A stretch of 64,000 bases of DNA from Candidatus Poseidoniaceae archaeon (GCA_938030705.1 CALHIR010000005.1:132909-196908); one strand, 5' to 3'. Shown: positions 38,444-48,583, numbered from the stretch's first letter. The notes: generated from the letters alone by a model not told the origin. Made by a program: numbers and translations.

Positions 38444-38515
38444 CGCCCCTGCCGCGATTCGAACGCGGGTTCCTGGCTCCGGAGGCCGGGGTGATATCCA
38501 CTACACTACAGGGGC
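38444..38515 (-). tRNA. tRNA-Arg (anticodon CCG)
   Basis: Hand-folded: acceptor GCCCCTG/CAGGGGC, T-arm CCGCG-TTCGAAT-CGCGG, anticodon loop CTCCGGA (U33, G37), one C·A mismatch in the anticodon stem. CCA not encoded. Begins 2 nt after the OYE stop. Coordinates ±2. Confidence 0.75.
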
Positions 38516-38556
38516 AAGCAGATGCGCTCGCTCCAACCGTATCATGTCTTCTCTGC

Positions 38557-41500
38557 CTAGCCTTTTGGTTGCCATGGCAAATCGGGAGACGACCTGACCC
38601 AAATCATGCCGCTTCCAGTTGGGTACTCTACCGTCTCGATGCCGTCAAGCATCATCCCCATCAAATCTGGATGAGGTGCATCATCACCGAGCAAACCTCC
38701 CGCGAGGGACCCTACCTGGAGTGAATCGACAACAGGCCCCGGATCGGAAATGGAATCGGGTGCATTGGAGGTCATGGCCGATTCGAAATCAACGGGTTCC
38801 TTGGCGTAATCATTTGAGCCCACGCCGTCAAACATCACCTGTTCAATTCGGTCTTCGTCTGACCAAACCTCAGTCCCATCTCGCTGTTTCTTTGGAGACC
38901 GAAGGAAGCCGATCAAAACCCCTGCGAGCACCAAAAACAGAACACCAGCAGAAGCATAGATGATGTCATTGGAAACGCTGGCTACAATATCGGCATTATC
39001 GCCTACTCCATCGCCATCGGTGTCTTTCGTTTCGGTCGGGTCTTCTGGAAACGCATCGTCTTCATCTGGAACGCCATCGCCATCGCCATCAAAGGCATCA
39101 TAGGTGGTCTCACAAACCACCGTGAGTAAATCCAATTCGACACGATCAATACGCTCATCATCGTTCACGTTGACAAGGTCGAAATTCGGATCATTTTTCC
39201 AACGATGAGATTCAAGAGCGGACAGCGCCACACTGTTTCGACCTTCGGAAAAGGCATCAAATACGGTCTCCAATTCCATGTCGCAGGTGCAAGCAAATTG
39301 CAATGCTTCCCTGTACTCGATTTGATTGTCGCCGTTGAGGTCAATTTCCTTGAGGTCGCCAAGAGGTATGTCAGCTGTTTTGAGTTCACCCTCGTCGAGA
39401 AGACCATCGCCGTTGATATCGGTCTCTTCAAAGAAGTCTGTCGCACTTTCAACACATGTCTCGACGCTTTCAGGTTCTTCCCCATCACCGGGCTCGATTG
39501 GCTCGATGGGCAATTCTGTTTCGTCCCAACGAGCGACCAGGCTGATTTCTTCTGAATCCGACAACCCCGTCATCGTGATGTCGATTCGGCCGTTCATGGG
39601 GGATTCAACACGCATCTTGTGATTGGTGCCGTCCTTTCCACTCGTCATCTCAAAGGATTCCGTCGAGACGTCCATGCCAAATTCAAGACCGGGCCGACCA
39701 CCTCCCTCAAAGAACTCCATTTCGTACTGAACGCCCTCGATGGTCAGCATGATATCTCCTGAACCCCCTGAGGATTCAATGGAAAAGACATTGCCCGGCT
39801 CGTCCAACATAGCGAAGAAGAAAATCTCTCCACCTTTACCCACGCTGATGCCTTCAAGCGGCTCATCATTGTAAAGCTCCAAGGGCGTACCATCGTAATC
39901 CCAAACATACCTGTCAGCAAACTCAGCGATAATATTCACGCCCGTGAACGCCGATTCTGAGGTGAGGAGAATGTACCACCAACCGGGGGTTGGGTCGTTG
40001 AAGGCGATACGATCGTCGGCGCCTTCCGCCGTCGAATGATGGTCGTAAGTGGCGGTGGTGGGCGCTTGATCCAAACGCATGTAGAGTGAGGCCTCTCCTG
40101 CACCATCGCTCAAATCAACAACGAGCCGTTCTGTCCCTTGAGGCACTTCGACCTTGAAGTATTGAGAAAGATCTTCATAGCCGCTGAGCAAACCGTATTC
40201 CACACCGGGAGTCAGCGTAATAGCATCCTCTGGGTCAACGTTTTCCGGAGGATAGACAAAGTCGGCCACGATGGTGAATCCACGAGCATTACGGAAGGTG
40301 TAGGCGGTGATGTAGTACAGTCCAGGCTCCACATCGAAGAGGTGGACTTCCTCTTCATTTCCTGGTCCAATGGACCATGATTCCATGACAGAAACGGTGT
40401 CGTCGCTCTTCCCAGGGTTCTCATCGTCAGAGCCAATGGGTTCCTCCCACCACAAGGTAGGTTCTGGAGGGCTGTAATAGGAGATACCAAGGTTGACATT
40501 GCCTTGTCCGTCGTACGTTCGGACGCGCAGGTCAGCAAGCGGTTCGGTGACATTCACGTAATAGAAATTCATGTTGACGTCCCCGTTACTGAAGGAACCA
40601 AAACCCACCTCTTGGTCAGTGACGGGGATGCTTTCCTTCAATTCGGTCATGTCGTCCAACGTGGGCGGAGGGTCAGCCATATCGGCCTCCAGGTCAATGG
40701 CCAAGTCCTCAACATCGGATTCAAGAATCATCGTAAACCACATGACGCCAACTTCGGGCCAGGACCAGGCCTCGTAGAGGAAACCCCATTCGCCGTATGA
40801 GGCCGTGTCGTGGTTCCATTCGTTCGGAATTTCATTGGCTTGAGCATAAACGGTGTATTCAGTCATCTCTTCACCAAATTTCAGAGAGTAGGAGTACCAG
40901 TACAATTCCCTGGTGTATTCTTCAATTTCAACAAAGAACAGCAAGGTGTCGCCGGCTGCAGCGAATTCTAACTCATAGCTTTCACCAACGAACAACTCAA
41001 CGGCTTGAGCGACGATGCTGCCGTCGGGCATGACCCAATCTGCGCCTTCAATAATGGCCATGTACTGCTCATTTGAATCCCAGGTCTCATCACCCTCGCC
41101 TTCCGGGAAATCGAGGTGCAATCGCAGTTCCATGTCATTGTGATTCACACCCGACCGAACAGTGATGTTGTCAAGAACCCCTTCAAAGTACGAACAATCA
41201 CATCCAGCACCCATGCGAGCGATGTAGAATTCATCGCAATCCTCTCCGGATTCAAAGCAATCGTTAGAGCCAAAATCACCCAAGGGGATGGCCGCATCCT
41301 CATCCATAACGACGCCTGCTTCTTGGCCGTTGAGATGGAAGGTGTAACCTTCGCCGACCACGACGTTCACCTGGACATGCGTCCATGTATCCACTTCGAC
41401 GGTAACGTTGGATACAGGGTGGCGCGAGAGACTGTATTCTGAAGAAAACGCAAGGTGTTCGCCCTGCAAGTACATGCCCCAACCATAATCACCTTTCATG

Positions 41501-42159
41501 AGAATAAATTGGTTGGATTCGGTATCGTAGGGGTAAATCCATGCTGAAAGTTCGAGGTGGGTCATGTTTGTCATGTCCAACTCCTCGTTATGGTCAATGA
41601 CAATGTGATCAGACTCGCCATCAAACCGAAGAGCATAGTCAGCACCAGGACCGATTTCCACCACACCGTAAACCGGGAAGTATTGTGGGTCGTTCTCCAA
41701 ATCGTTCCATGTACCGGGTTCAATATTTCCCATGTTGGTACTCGCAATGTGCACAAAGTGTTCGTCCCCACCCGCAGATGGCTGGGCTTCGCCCCAATTT
41801 CTGTAGAGGAACGGCGTGCCGTCGTGCCAGCGGTAAGCACCCTCATCTCCGGCATCCGAAAGCCCGGTCCACAAATGCCGAGACAGATTGTCCCAAGACG
41901 CAAAGGTGTCAAACAGCCAGGTGTTTTCGTCCTCATCATCCACGGTCACCAAAAAACCGTCCAAAGAACGGGCATAGGAGGCAGCATCCTCCCACGAAGA
42001 AGCCGTCAGGAGATGGTACGTGTTGTTATTGGATGGATTGATGGCGGAGTGCAGGACAGCCATGCCCTCATCATCTGGAGACTGTGCGCTCCCGTTCAGC
42101 ATCAAAGGCGAGACCAAACCGGTCAAGAAGAGAACGACGAGCAAAACGGCTTTGTTCAT
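38557..42159 (-). CDS. Giant type-I membrane surface protein: signal peptide, C-type-lectin-like domain, LamG/ConA-like domain, beta-rich region, EF-hand/dockerin-like and thrombospondin-type-3-like Ca-binding repeats, TM helix, and a ~140-aa acidic cytoplasmic tail
   Basis: Start at MNKAVLLVVLFLTGLV (signal peptide; the track ORF extends to 42279). CTLD: 'WEDAASYARSLDGFLVTVDDEDENTWL...WTGLSD..YRWHDGTPFLYRNWGEAQP...WNDLEND', though canonical Cys are lacking. LamG: 'YALRFDGESDHIVID...LSAWIYP'. Ca repeats: 'DINGDGLLDEGEL', 'DLNGDNQIEYRE', 'DGDGDGVPDEDD..DTDGDGVGDNAD'. TM: 'IIYASAGVLFLVLAGVLIGFL'. Confidence 0.8.
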   Translation of the reverse strand: MNKAVLLVVLFLTGLVSPLMLNGSAQSPDDEGMAVLHSAINPSNNNTYHLLTASSWEDAASYARSLDGFLVTVDDEDENTWLFDTFASWDNLSRHLWTGLSDAGDEGAYRWHDGTPFLYRNWGEAQPSAGGDEHFVHIASTNMGNIEPGTWNDLENDPQYFPVYGVVEIGPGADYALRFDGESDHIVIDHNEELDMTNMTHLELSAWIYPYDTESNQFILMKGDYGWGMYLQGEHLAFSSEYSLSRHPVSNVTVEVDTWTHVQVNVVVGEGYTFHLNGQEAGVVMDEDAAIPLGDFGSNDCFESGEDCDEFYIARMGAGCDCSYFEGVLDNITVRSGVNHNDMELRLHLDFPEGEGDETWDSNEQYMAIIEGADWVMPDGSIVAQAVELFVGESYELEFAAAGDTLLFFVEIEEYTRELYWYSYSLKFGEEMTEYTVYAQANEIPNEWNHDTASYGEWGFLYEAWSWPEVGVMWFTMILESDVEDLAIDLEADMADPPPTLDDMTELKESIPVTDQEVGFGSFSNGDVNMNFYYVNVTEPLADLRVRTYDGQGNVNLGISYYSPPEPTLWWEEPIGSDDENPGKSDDTVSVMESWSIGPGNEEEVHLFDVEPGLYYITAYTFRNARGFTIVADFVYPPENVDPEDAITLTPGVEYGLLSGYEDLSQYFKVEVPQGTERLVVDLSDGAGEASLYMRLDQAPTTATYDHHSTAEGADDRIAFNDPTPGWWYILLTSESAFTGVNIIAEFADRYVWDYDGTPLELYNDEPLEGISVGKGGEIFFFAMLDEPGNVFSIESSGGSGDIMLTIEGVQYEMEFFEGGGRPGLEFGMDVSTESFEMTSGKDGTNHKMRVESPMNGRIDITMTGLSDSEEISLVARWDETELPIEPIEPGDGEEPESVETCVESATDFFEETDINGDGLLDEGELKTADIPLGDLKEIDLNGDNQIEYREALQFACTCDMELETVFDAFSEGRNSVALSALESHRWKNDPNFDLVNVNDDERIDRVELDLLTVVCETTYDAFDGDGDGVPDEDDAFPEDPTETKDTDGDGVGDNADIVASVSNDIIYASAGVLFLVLAGVLIGFLRSPKKQRDGTEVWSDEDRIEQVMFDGVGSNDYAKEPVDFESAMTSNAPDSISDPGPVVDSLQVGSLAGGLLGDDAPHPDLMGMMLDGIETVEYPTGSGMIWVRSSPDLPWQPKG

Positions 42160-42341
42160 GATTTTACCACACGAGGTCCCTATATCAAAAGCATGGTATT
42201 TTGATCTGTACTTCATATCGCACCGTTGCACGATAGAGGCTTGAGATTTTACAGAATTAGATTGATGAATTTCATCCATCGACCAACCTTCTGTGAAGAC
42301 TTCATCAAGGTTTCAAATACAATGAATATTGCAGGAGAATC

Positions 42342-42794
42342 ATGCACGAAGAAGTTGGCATGAGAATTCGTGGCCTACTCGATGGCGAAGACGATTGGGT
42401 GGCTGCCATGGCTACGGTGGTCTGTGAACTCCACCATGCGTTTGACCATTTCCACTGGACGGGATTTTACCGAACCACGCAACCCAACCTCCTGAAAATT
42501 GGCCCTTACCAGGGCGGACATGGTTGCCTGGAGATTTCCTTTGACAAAGGCATCTGTGGAGCAGCGGCCCGTACGGGTGAGACCCAAGATGTCCCCGATG
42601 TCCATGCACGCCCCGAACACATTGCGTGCAGTTCAACCACCAACAGCGAAGTGGTGGTGCCGGTGAAGAGCAGCAGCGGTGCCGTTGTCGCTGTCCTTGA
42701 TGTTGACTCAGATGCACCGGCGGCATTTTCATCTACAGACGTGAACTTCCTCGAACAGATTTGCACCTACCTCGGAGCAAAGTTTCACGCCTAA
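42342..42794 (+). CDS. Free methionine-(R)-sulfoxide reductase (GAF-domain, fRMsr/YebR-like)
   Basis: 'TGFYRT...LKIGPYQGGHGCLEISFDKGICGAAARTGETQDVPDV...PEHIACSSTTNSEVVVPV...VAVLDVDS', with the catalytic Cys triad. Confidence 0.8.
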   Translation: MHEEVGMRIRGLLDGEDDWVAAMATVVCELHHAFDHFHWTGFYRTTQPNLLKIGPYQGGHGCLEISFDKGICGAAARTGETQDVPDVHARPEHIACSSTTNSEVVVPVKSSSGAVVAVLDVDSDAPAAFSSTDVNFLEQICTYLGAKFHA

Positions 42795-42798
42795 TGGT

Positions 42799-45700
42799 TT
42801 ACTGTAACTTCTTTCCACCGATACGCAATTCGGTCTGCAGTGGCATTTGATGTTCCCAAGCAAATTCTTTGACGATCCGCCATGCTTTTTCAGAACCTTC
42901 GTAATCCTTCACGTCAATGACTTTGTTCCGAGTGTTCGCCTTGAAAGCAGCGACGGGCTCGGCATTTCTGAAGACCAAGTAAGCTGAACCAAATCCAAAC
43001 CGTTCCTTCATGATGTCTGCAAAATACGGGGCAATGGGATCGGAGGGCGGAAGGACGAAATCACGAATGGCAGGGATGGAGCGAGCCTCCTCCAGCATTT
43101 CTTTTCGACCCCAGCAGACTTGATGGAAATCTTCGATGAGGAAGCCTTTGATGAGCGTCCCGTCCTCTTCAAACGTGTTGAGGACCGCTTTGAGCTCTTC
43201 TGGTTTGAACGACGGACCCGCCAATTGCGTCATTTGACGAAGGGTGATGACCGGGAACTTCTCAGCCAATTTACGGATGTATTCCTTCCGGAGTTCTGCC
43301 CTATCGACGCCCTCAGGAACGAAGACGCTGCGGAAACCTCCTCTGAAGTCCTGCACAATATGACCTGTCCGAATGAGCGGTTGAACCAACTTTCTAAACT
43401 CTGATTGGGTCAGTGCATGGCGTTCTTTGAACAAGTTCGGGTCCGAATGGCTGGCAAAGAATTCCACAATGTCCCACAATTCCTCGTCTGCAGGCTGATT
43501 CCGAATGGCGAGAATTTCTTGGAAATGCTCGTAGGAAGCCCACACCTGGTGCCCGCGTAAATTGATGCCTTGGTGGAGGCGATGGGCACTGGCCATGCTC
43601 TTTAGGTCGACGCGATAGAGTTCACTGCGCCCCCGGAGGGCGAAATCATCTCGGATTTCATCCACCTTTTTGAGCGCCATAATTTCGTTTTCAAGACGCG
43701 TTGACTGGTGGAGATGGTGCTTGTGGAAGAGCGCCCTTTCTGCAATCTCCCGAGGCTGGGGGTCAACCACGGCTCCACGAATCATTCGTTCTCCCGTCAG
43801 TTTGAACCCGATGCCTTCCAAAGCCTGACGGGTGGTTTCATCAAGCGAAGTGATGGGTTCACTGTTGAAGTTGGAAAGAACCGAAACATCGACGAGTTGA
43901 GCAGCATGGTTTTCCAGAAGCACCTCAAACGCTTGACAGAATTCATCAAGGTAAGCCGTCGGCACGTGAAGGTCTTTGATTTCGAGATAGTCATTCACTT
44001 TGAACATCAAGACCTTCCCGATCGGATCAACACCCTTGAAGATGGGAAGATACCAACCTCGGTCCAAAACGCTGCGAACTTCCCATATGAACCGAGACAC
44101 ATAGGGGTCGGATTGGGTCAGGATTCGAACCGTTCGGTCCTCTCGCCGGGGGCGCATCAATTCATCAACTTCATCCGGAGCGCAAAAGAAGGCTTCCGGT
44201 TCAGGGACCAAGGCCATGACCTTGGCAATCCTGCCAGCCGATTCCAGATTCATGAGAGCGATGGTCAATTCCTCAAAACTTCGCGAGACATAGAACCGCA
44301 ACGTGCTGGCTTTCACCGGCCCCATACGCCGAATCACTTCCTCCAGGGCATCCTCGAACGAGAGGATAGGATACACATCCAGGACCCGATGGAACAAGGA
44401 CAATCGCCGGCGACGGCCTGCCACCTCCTCAAATTGTTTCACCACGAGCATCTGGCGTTCGAGGTTATTGAGCGCGTTCTTCAAGTCTCTTTGCAAGGAT
44501 TTGTGCTCGTCCCCCTTTGGGTAGCCCTGCATGATCTCTTGGCGAGTTACGTTCTCACCGGGTGGAATTTTACTCAAAATCTCTTCTTCCATCGGGCCCA
44601 TCCAAGGTTCGGGCTTGAGACCGAGCAACATCGGGATGTTTCGCTTGGTCGTGTAGCCAATGCGATTGTGGAGCAAGCGACCCATGATGACGTCAGAATC
44701 CAATTGCACATCGGTCCAATCGTTGAACGCAAACTCATCAACGCGGTAGAGCAGTTCCTGCTGCTTCTGGAACAAGACGTGTTCGTTGAATGCGGTGAAA
44801 CTATCGTTGTATTGATGGAATGATTTGTCGAGCACCATGTTCTGAATCCACCGGTATTCAACCACTTCCTCTTCGCCACCGGTAAGCCGATGTTCATCGA
44901 TTTTCAGGATGTACTCCGCATCGTTGGTTTGGATGAAGAAGCCAACCGAAATCACATTCCGTCCTTCCAACTCGTGAAGATTTCGCTCGATAAGCGTTTG
45001 AGGGAACGGAAGACGTTCAACCATCTCTTCGGATGTTTTTGGCCCTTCTGAACCGAGCATTTCGATGATCTTGACGCGCAGGGCTTCCTGAGGGTCTCCA
45101 AGCGAACGTTCTTCCCAATCCACCGGTTTAGTTCCATCAAAAGCGGTGGCGATTTTGTAAGTGAGCCCCTTGGTATGGAGTTCAAGTAAATTCTCAACCT
45201 CCTTCCCACCTGCAACCGCCAAGCATCCGAGAGTGCCGTGGATTTCTGCCATGTAAGGGGCAAACCATTTGCCGTCGAGTTCTTCTTGTCCGGTCCCGTC
45301 AAGTTTGGTGATTTGTCCGGACTGGCAGAGTTCTCCCACCCAACCACGAATCGTGTCCAGCGGTATATTGGCCAATTTTTCTTTGTAGAGAGGATTGTTG
45401 AATTCCCGGTCCAATCCGCCACCGTGGCTCATCAAGCGGAACAATTCCTTGGCGTTGGTCGGCACCGGCGCTTTATCGGTGTAGTACGTATTGAGTTGTT
45501 CACTGGACAATTCAGTGGCCAACGACCGGGTGCCGAGCAGACGTTGCAAAATGCTGGGGTCAATGTCTTTGACAAGGAAAGCACGGGTTTTCATCGACAT
45601 CAAATCTTCAAACGCCGACATGAAGAGGGACATGCCGAGGCGTGATGGGACGACGACCTTGGTGTGGACGATCCGTGCATCGCCCGACACACAAGCGCTG

Positions 45701-48081
45701 AGGAAATGTTCCAGACCGATAAGGTCGATGTCGCCGAACATGATTTCGTTCTTGGCTTCACGCATCAGTAAACTGCCGTCCATGGTTCGGTGTTTCTGCA
45801 ACAAGGCCTCGGCACGCTGTTGGAACTGTTGCGGACTGATTTCTTCAGCACCCATCCGTTTCGGAATGATGAGTGAGCGCCCAGAAACTTCTCTAAATCG
45901 TTTGGCAAAAATTTGCGTGTTGATGATGTAGCGTTCAATGACGTCAGAGTGATTGTTTTCGCGGAAGGCCCTGTACATCTCGCCCGGGTCAACTTCCTGA
46001 GACGTCTTCAGCAGCAGGCCGTTTTCGTCAAAGGACATTTCGATGACAGCGATGTTGTTGGCTTCGGCCAATCCAGCCATGAAGTACCCCAAGGCTGTGT
46101 TGAAGCCTCGACCACGGCAGGTGGTGATCATGTAGGTCGGGAAGGCCCCGCTGATGACCTGTTCCACCAATATCCTCCTTGAATCAGGGACTTGGAACGA
46201 GTCAATGGAATGCTCTTCGAGGTGTCGAGCAATAGCATTGGCCACCTCGTTGGACAATCCGTAGACTTCCCGAAGCAACATACGGGGGTCTTGCTCCCGT
46301 CTTAATGCGACAATGCAATGACCGATGAGGTCCAACAAAGCTTGCGAAAGTTCTCGGCTCCGACTCCGTGCCTCACCCGACCATGAAGGAATGGTGGGGC
46401 GATGCCCGGTGACACTGGTAACGTTCACCCGTGTTCCTTGGATGTTGGTCACTCTATAGGTGGAACCGCCGAGAAGAATGACATCGCCAGTACGCAGATT
46501 GGAAACGAACGAACCCGATAGTTTCCCGAGAATGGACCCCTCAGCGTTAAACACCAAGTAGGAATTATCCGGGGCGATGGTCCCGATGTTGGTGTAGTAA
46601 ATCATTCGGGAATAACCACGCTTGCCGAAGATGTTTTCTTCCCAATCAATCCATATTCGGCGCTCATCTTCGAGCATATCAAGCACTTCAATGAAATCAT
46701 CGTACTCGAAATTTCTGTAGGACCAAGAGTTCACAATGATCTCGAAGGCTTCATCGATGTCCAGCTCGTTGATAATGACCAAACCGATGATGAATTGCGC
46801 GACCACATCCAAACAATTCTGTGGGAAATCAAGTCGGTCCATATCACCGGTTTGAATCGCTGCTTGGAGAGCGGCGAGTTCAATGAGGTCGTCCACACTT
46901 GTCGGTAAGAAACGGGCACGGGGAATGCCCCCGACGTGGTGGCCTGCACGGCCGATGCGTTGCAGAGCCGTGGCGATGTCTCCCGGACTTCCAACCTGCA
47001 GCACCAAGTCAACCGACCCGATGTCAATACCCATTTCGAGTGATGATGAAGTGACCACGGCTCGCAAATGGCCGTACTTGAGTTTCTTTTCCACGTCCAA
47101 TCGAATGTTCTTATCCATCGAACCGTGGTGTCCTGCAACCAATTCACCGAGGAATGGACGGAGTTTTTGGACGATGGTTTCGGTCATTTTTCTGGTGTTT
47201 GCAAACACCAACGTGGTGGTGTGGGCACTGATGAGGTCGGCTATGGCTTCGATGTTATACTCCAATACCTTGACCATGGAGAGATCGCTGAATTTAGGAT
47301 GCGTGATGAGAATGTCCAAGTCCAGTTCCCTTGAGCCTGAAATTTTTGCGATGGAAACCGATGTCGGCTGGCCTCTCGCCTCGCGGTCATCACTGCTCAC
47401 GAGGTATTCTGCGACCGTTTCGAGAGGCTCCATCGTTGCTGAAATCCCGATTCTTTGAACTGGATTCTTCAACAAGGAATCGAGAAGGGAGAGGGTCAAC
47501 GAAAGATGAACGCCTCGTTTCGTGGAGACCATCGAATGCAATTCGTCGATAATCATGTACTCAACTTCGCTGACGATGGGTTGGAAGCGTGGGGAGGTGA
47601 TGGCAATGGCCAAGCTCTCTGGCGTAGTGATCAGAATATGCGGGGGTTTCCGGAGCATTTTCTGCCGGTCAGATTGCGAGGTATCCCCGGTACGAAGTCC
47701 AACGCGAATCTCTTGCGCCCGGTCCGGCAGATAGTGTTCTGTAATTTCATTCAGTGGACCGATAAGGTTTCGCTGGATGTCATTGGCTAGGGCCTTGATG
47801 GGTGAGATGTAAATGGCATGCACCTTTTTCTCGAGCTTATTTTCCAAGGCCAAGCGAACCAATTGATCGATGACCGTCAAAAAGGCGGTCAAGGTTTTTC
47901 CAGAACCGGTTGGTGAACAGAGCAGAAGGTGTTGCTTATCCATGATGGCGGGGATGGCCAGTTTTTGAGGGCGAGTAAAATCCGGGAATTTGTCTTTGAA
48001 CCACTGCCGAACGGGTGGGCACAACCGCTCAAGCAACGCCTCGGACTCCAGCGGGGAATCCAAGTAAACAATCTCAGCCAT
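42799..48081 (-). CDS. lhr: Lhr-type large superfamily-2 helicase (1760 aa) with a long C-terminal extension
   Basis: Motif I 'SPTGSGKTLTAF', II 'IDELH', III 'SATMEP', VI 'QRIGRAGH'. More than 800 aa lie C-terminal to the helicase core, as in Lhr. Confidence 0.8.
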   Translation of the reverse strand: MAEIVYLDSPLESEALLERLCPPVRQWFKDKFPDFTRPQKLAIPAIMDKQHLLLCSPTGSGKTLTAFLTVIDQLVRLALENKLEKKVHAIYISPIKALANDIQRNLIGPLNEITEHYLPDRAQEIRVGLRTGDTSQSDRQKMLRKPPHILITTPESLAIAITSPRFQPIVSEVEYMIIDELHSMVSTKRGVHLSLTLSLLDSLLKNPVQRIGISATMEPLETVAEYLVSSDDREARGQPTSVSIAKISGSRELDLDILITHPKFSDLSMVKVLEYNIEAIADLISAHTTTLVFANTRKMTETIVQKLRPFLGELVAGHHGSMDKNIRLDVEKKLKYGHLRAVVTSSSLEMGIDIGSVDLVLQVGSPGDIATALQRIGRAGHHVGGIPRARFLPTSVDDLIELAALQAAIQTGDMDRLDFPQNCLDVVAQFIIGLVIINELDIDEAFEIIVNSWSYRNFEYDDFIEVLDMLEDERRIWIDWEENIFGKRGYSRMIYYTNIGTIAPDNSYLVFNAEGSILGKLSGSFVSNLRTGDVILLGGSTYRVTNIQGTRVNVTSVTGHRPTIPSWSGEARSRSRELSQALLDLIGHCIVALRREQDPRMLLREVYGLSNEVANAIARHLEEHSIDSFQVPDSRRILVEQVISGAFPTYMITTCRGRGFNTALGYFMAGLAEANNIAVIEMSFDENGLLLKTSQEVDPGEMYRAFRENNHSDVIERYIINTQIFAKRFREVSGRSLIIPKRMGAEEISPQQFQQRAEALLQKHRTMDGSLLMREAKNEIMFGDIDLIGLEHFLSACVSGDARIVHTKVVVPSRLGMSLFMSAFEDLMSMKTRAFLVKDIDPSILQRLLGTRSLATELSSEQLNTYYTDKAPVPTNAKELFRLMSHGGGLDREFNNPLYKEKLANIPLDTIRGWVGELCQSGQITKLDGTGQEELDGKWFAPYMAEIHGTLGCLAVAGGKEVENLLELHTKGLTYKIATAFDGTKPVDWEERSLGDPQEALRVKIIEMLGSEGPKTSEEMVERLPFPQTLIERNLHELEGRNVISVGFFIQTNDAEYILKIDEHRLTGGEEEVVEYRWIQNMVLDKSFHQYNDSFTAFNEHVLFQKQQELLYRVDEFAFNDWTDVQLDSDVIMGRLLHNRIGYTTKRNIPMLLGLKPEPWMGPMEEEILSKIPPGENVTRQEIMQGYPKGDEHKSLQRDLKNALNNLERQMLVVKQFEEVAGRRRRLSLFHRVLDVYPILSFEDALEEVIRRMGPVKASTLRFYVSRSFEELTIALMNLESAGRIAKVMALVPEPEAFFCAPDEVDELMRPRREDRTVRILTQSDPYVSRFIWEVRSVLDRGWYLPIFKGVDPIGKVLMFKVNDYLEIKDLHVPTAYLDEFCQAFEVLLENHAAQLVDVSVLSNFNSEPITSLDETTRQALEGIGFKLTGERMIRGAVVDPQPREIAERALFHKHHLHQSTRLENEIMALKKVDEIRDDFALRGRSELYRVDLKSMASAHRLHQGINLRGHQVWASYEHFQEILAIRNQPADEELWDIVEFFASHSDPNLFKERHALTQSEFRKLVQPLIRTGHIVQDFRGGFRSVFVPEGVDRAELRKEYIRKLAEKFPVITLRQMTQLAGPSFKPEELKAVLNTFEEDGTLIKGFLIEDFHQVCWGRKEMLEEARSIPAIRDFVLPPSDPIAPYFADIMKERFGFGSAYLVFRNAEPVAAFKANTRNKVIDVKDYEGSEKAWRIVKEFAWEHQMPLQTELRIGGKKLQ

Positions 48082-48153
48082 TTGTTTTGTCCACCCTATG
48101 GTGTTGGAGCGAACTGAGTATATAAAAAAAGATTGCGTAGGATTGCCTATACA

Positions 48154-48510
48154 TCAGGGCCAGCGAGTGGAGCGCTTTTTCCAACGAACGACCGTTTCAG
48201 TTTTAGGGCCCTCAGCATGGAAAACCAGAGGAGAAACGGCCGAATTGGGGGGTACGCCTACCTCGTGGAGGGCGTCAGTTGGACATGAACCAATACAAGA
48301 GAGGCAACCGACACATCGTTGTTCAAGAACCACCACGGGCCGCTTTCCATGTTTCCGTCCCGGCGGATTGATTTGCAGCGGGAGCAGTGCCTCAAAGGGG
48401 CAATGCAAGATGCACAGGTCACAACCGGTGCAATCATCTTCAATGATAGCCACCATGGCTTGACCCATGCCCACGGGTTTTCGTGGATGGCTATAATGCT
48501 GTGTCTCCAT
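48154..48510 (-). CDS. 2×[4Fe-4S] ferredoxin-like protein
   Basis: 'CTGCDLCILHCP' and 'CVGCLSCIGSCP'. Start uncertain: 48510 METQ or 48468 MGQA. The track start at 48678 would overlap glyS. Confidence 0.55.
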   Translation of the reverse strand: METQHYSHPRKPVGMGQAMVAIIEDDCTGCDLCILHCPFEALLPLQINPPGRKHGKRPVVVLEQRCVGCLSCIGSCPTDALHEVGVPPNSAVSPLVFHAEGPKTETVVRWKKRSTRWP

Positions 48511-48583
48511 AAATTGAGCCGCTTCGGCTTCGCTGTGGTGAAGTTCATAGGTTCGCCTCTTCAGCCAAGGTACAGAGGCGAGG

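Noticed and set aside
38557-42159. Possibility that the C-type-lectin-like domain is a diversity-generating-retroelement (DGR) target
   Set aside because: DGR variable regions sit at the C-terminus of CLec-fold targets and need a nearby reverse transcriptase and a template repeat. Here the lectin-like domain is N-terminal, and I see no RT gene or TR/VR repeat pair in the window.
43708-44823. 371-aa plus-strand ORF
   Set aside because: Antisense shadow inside the Lhr helicase gene.
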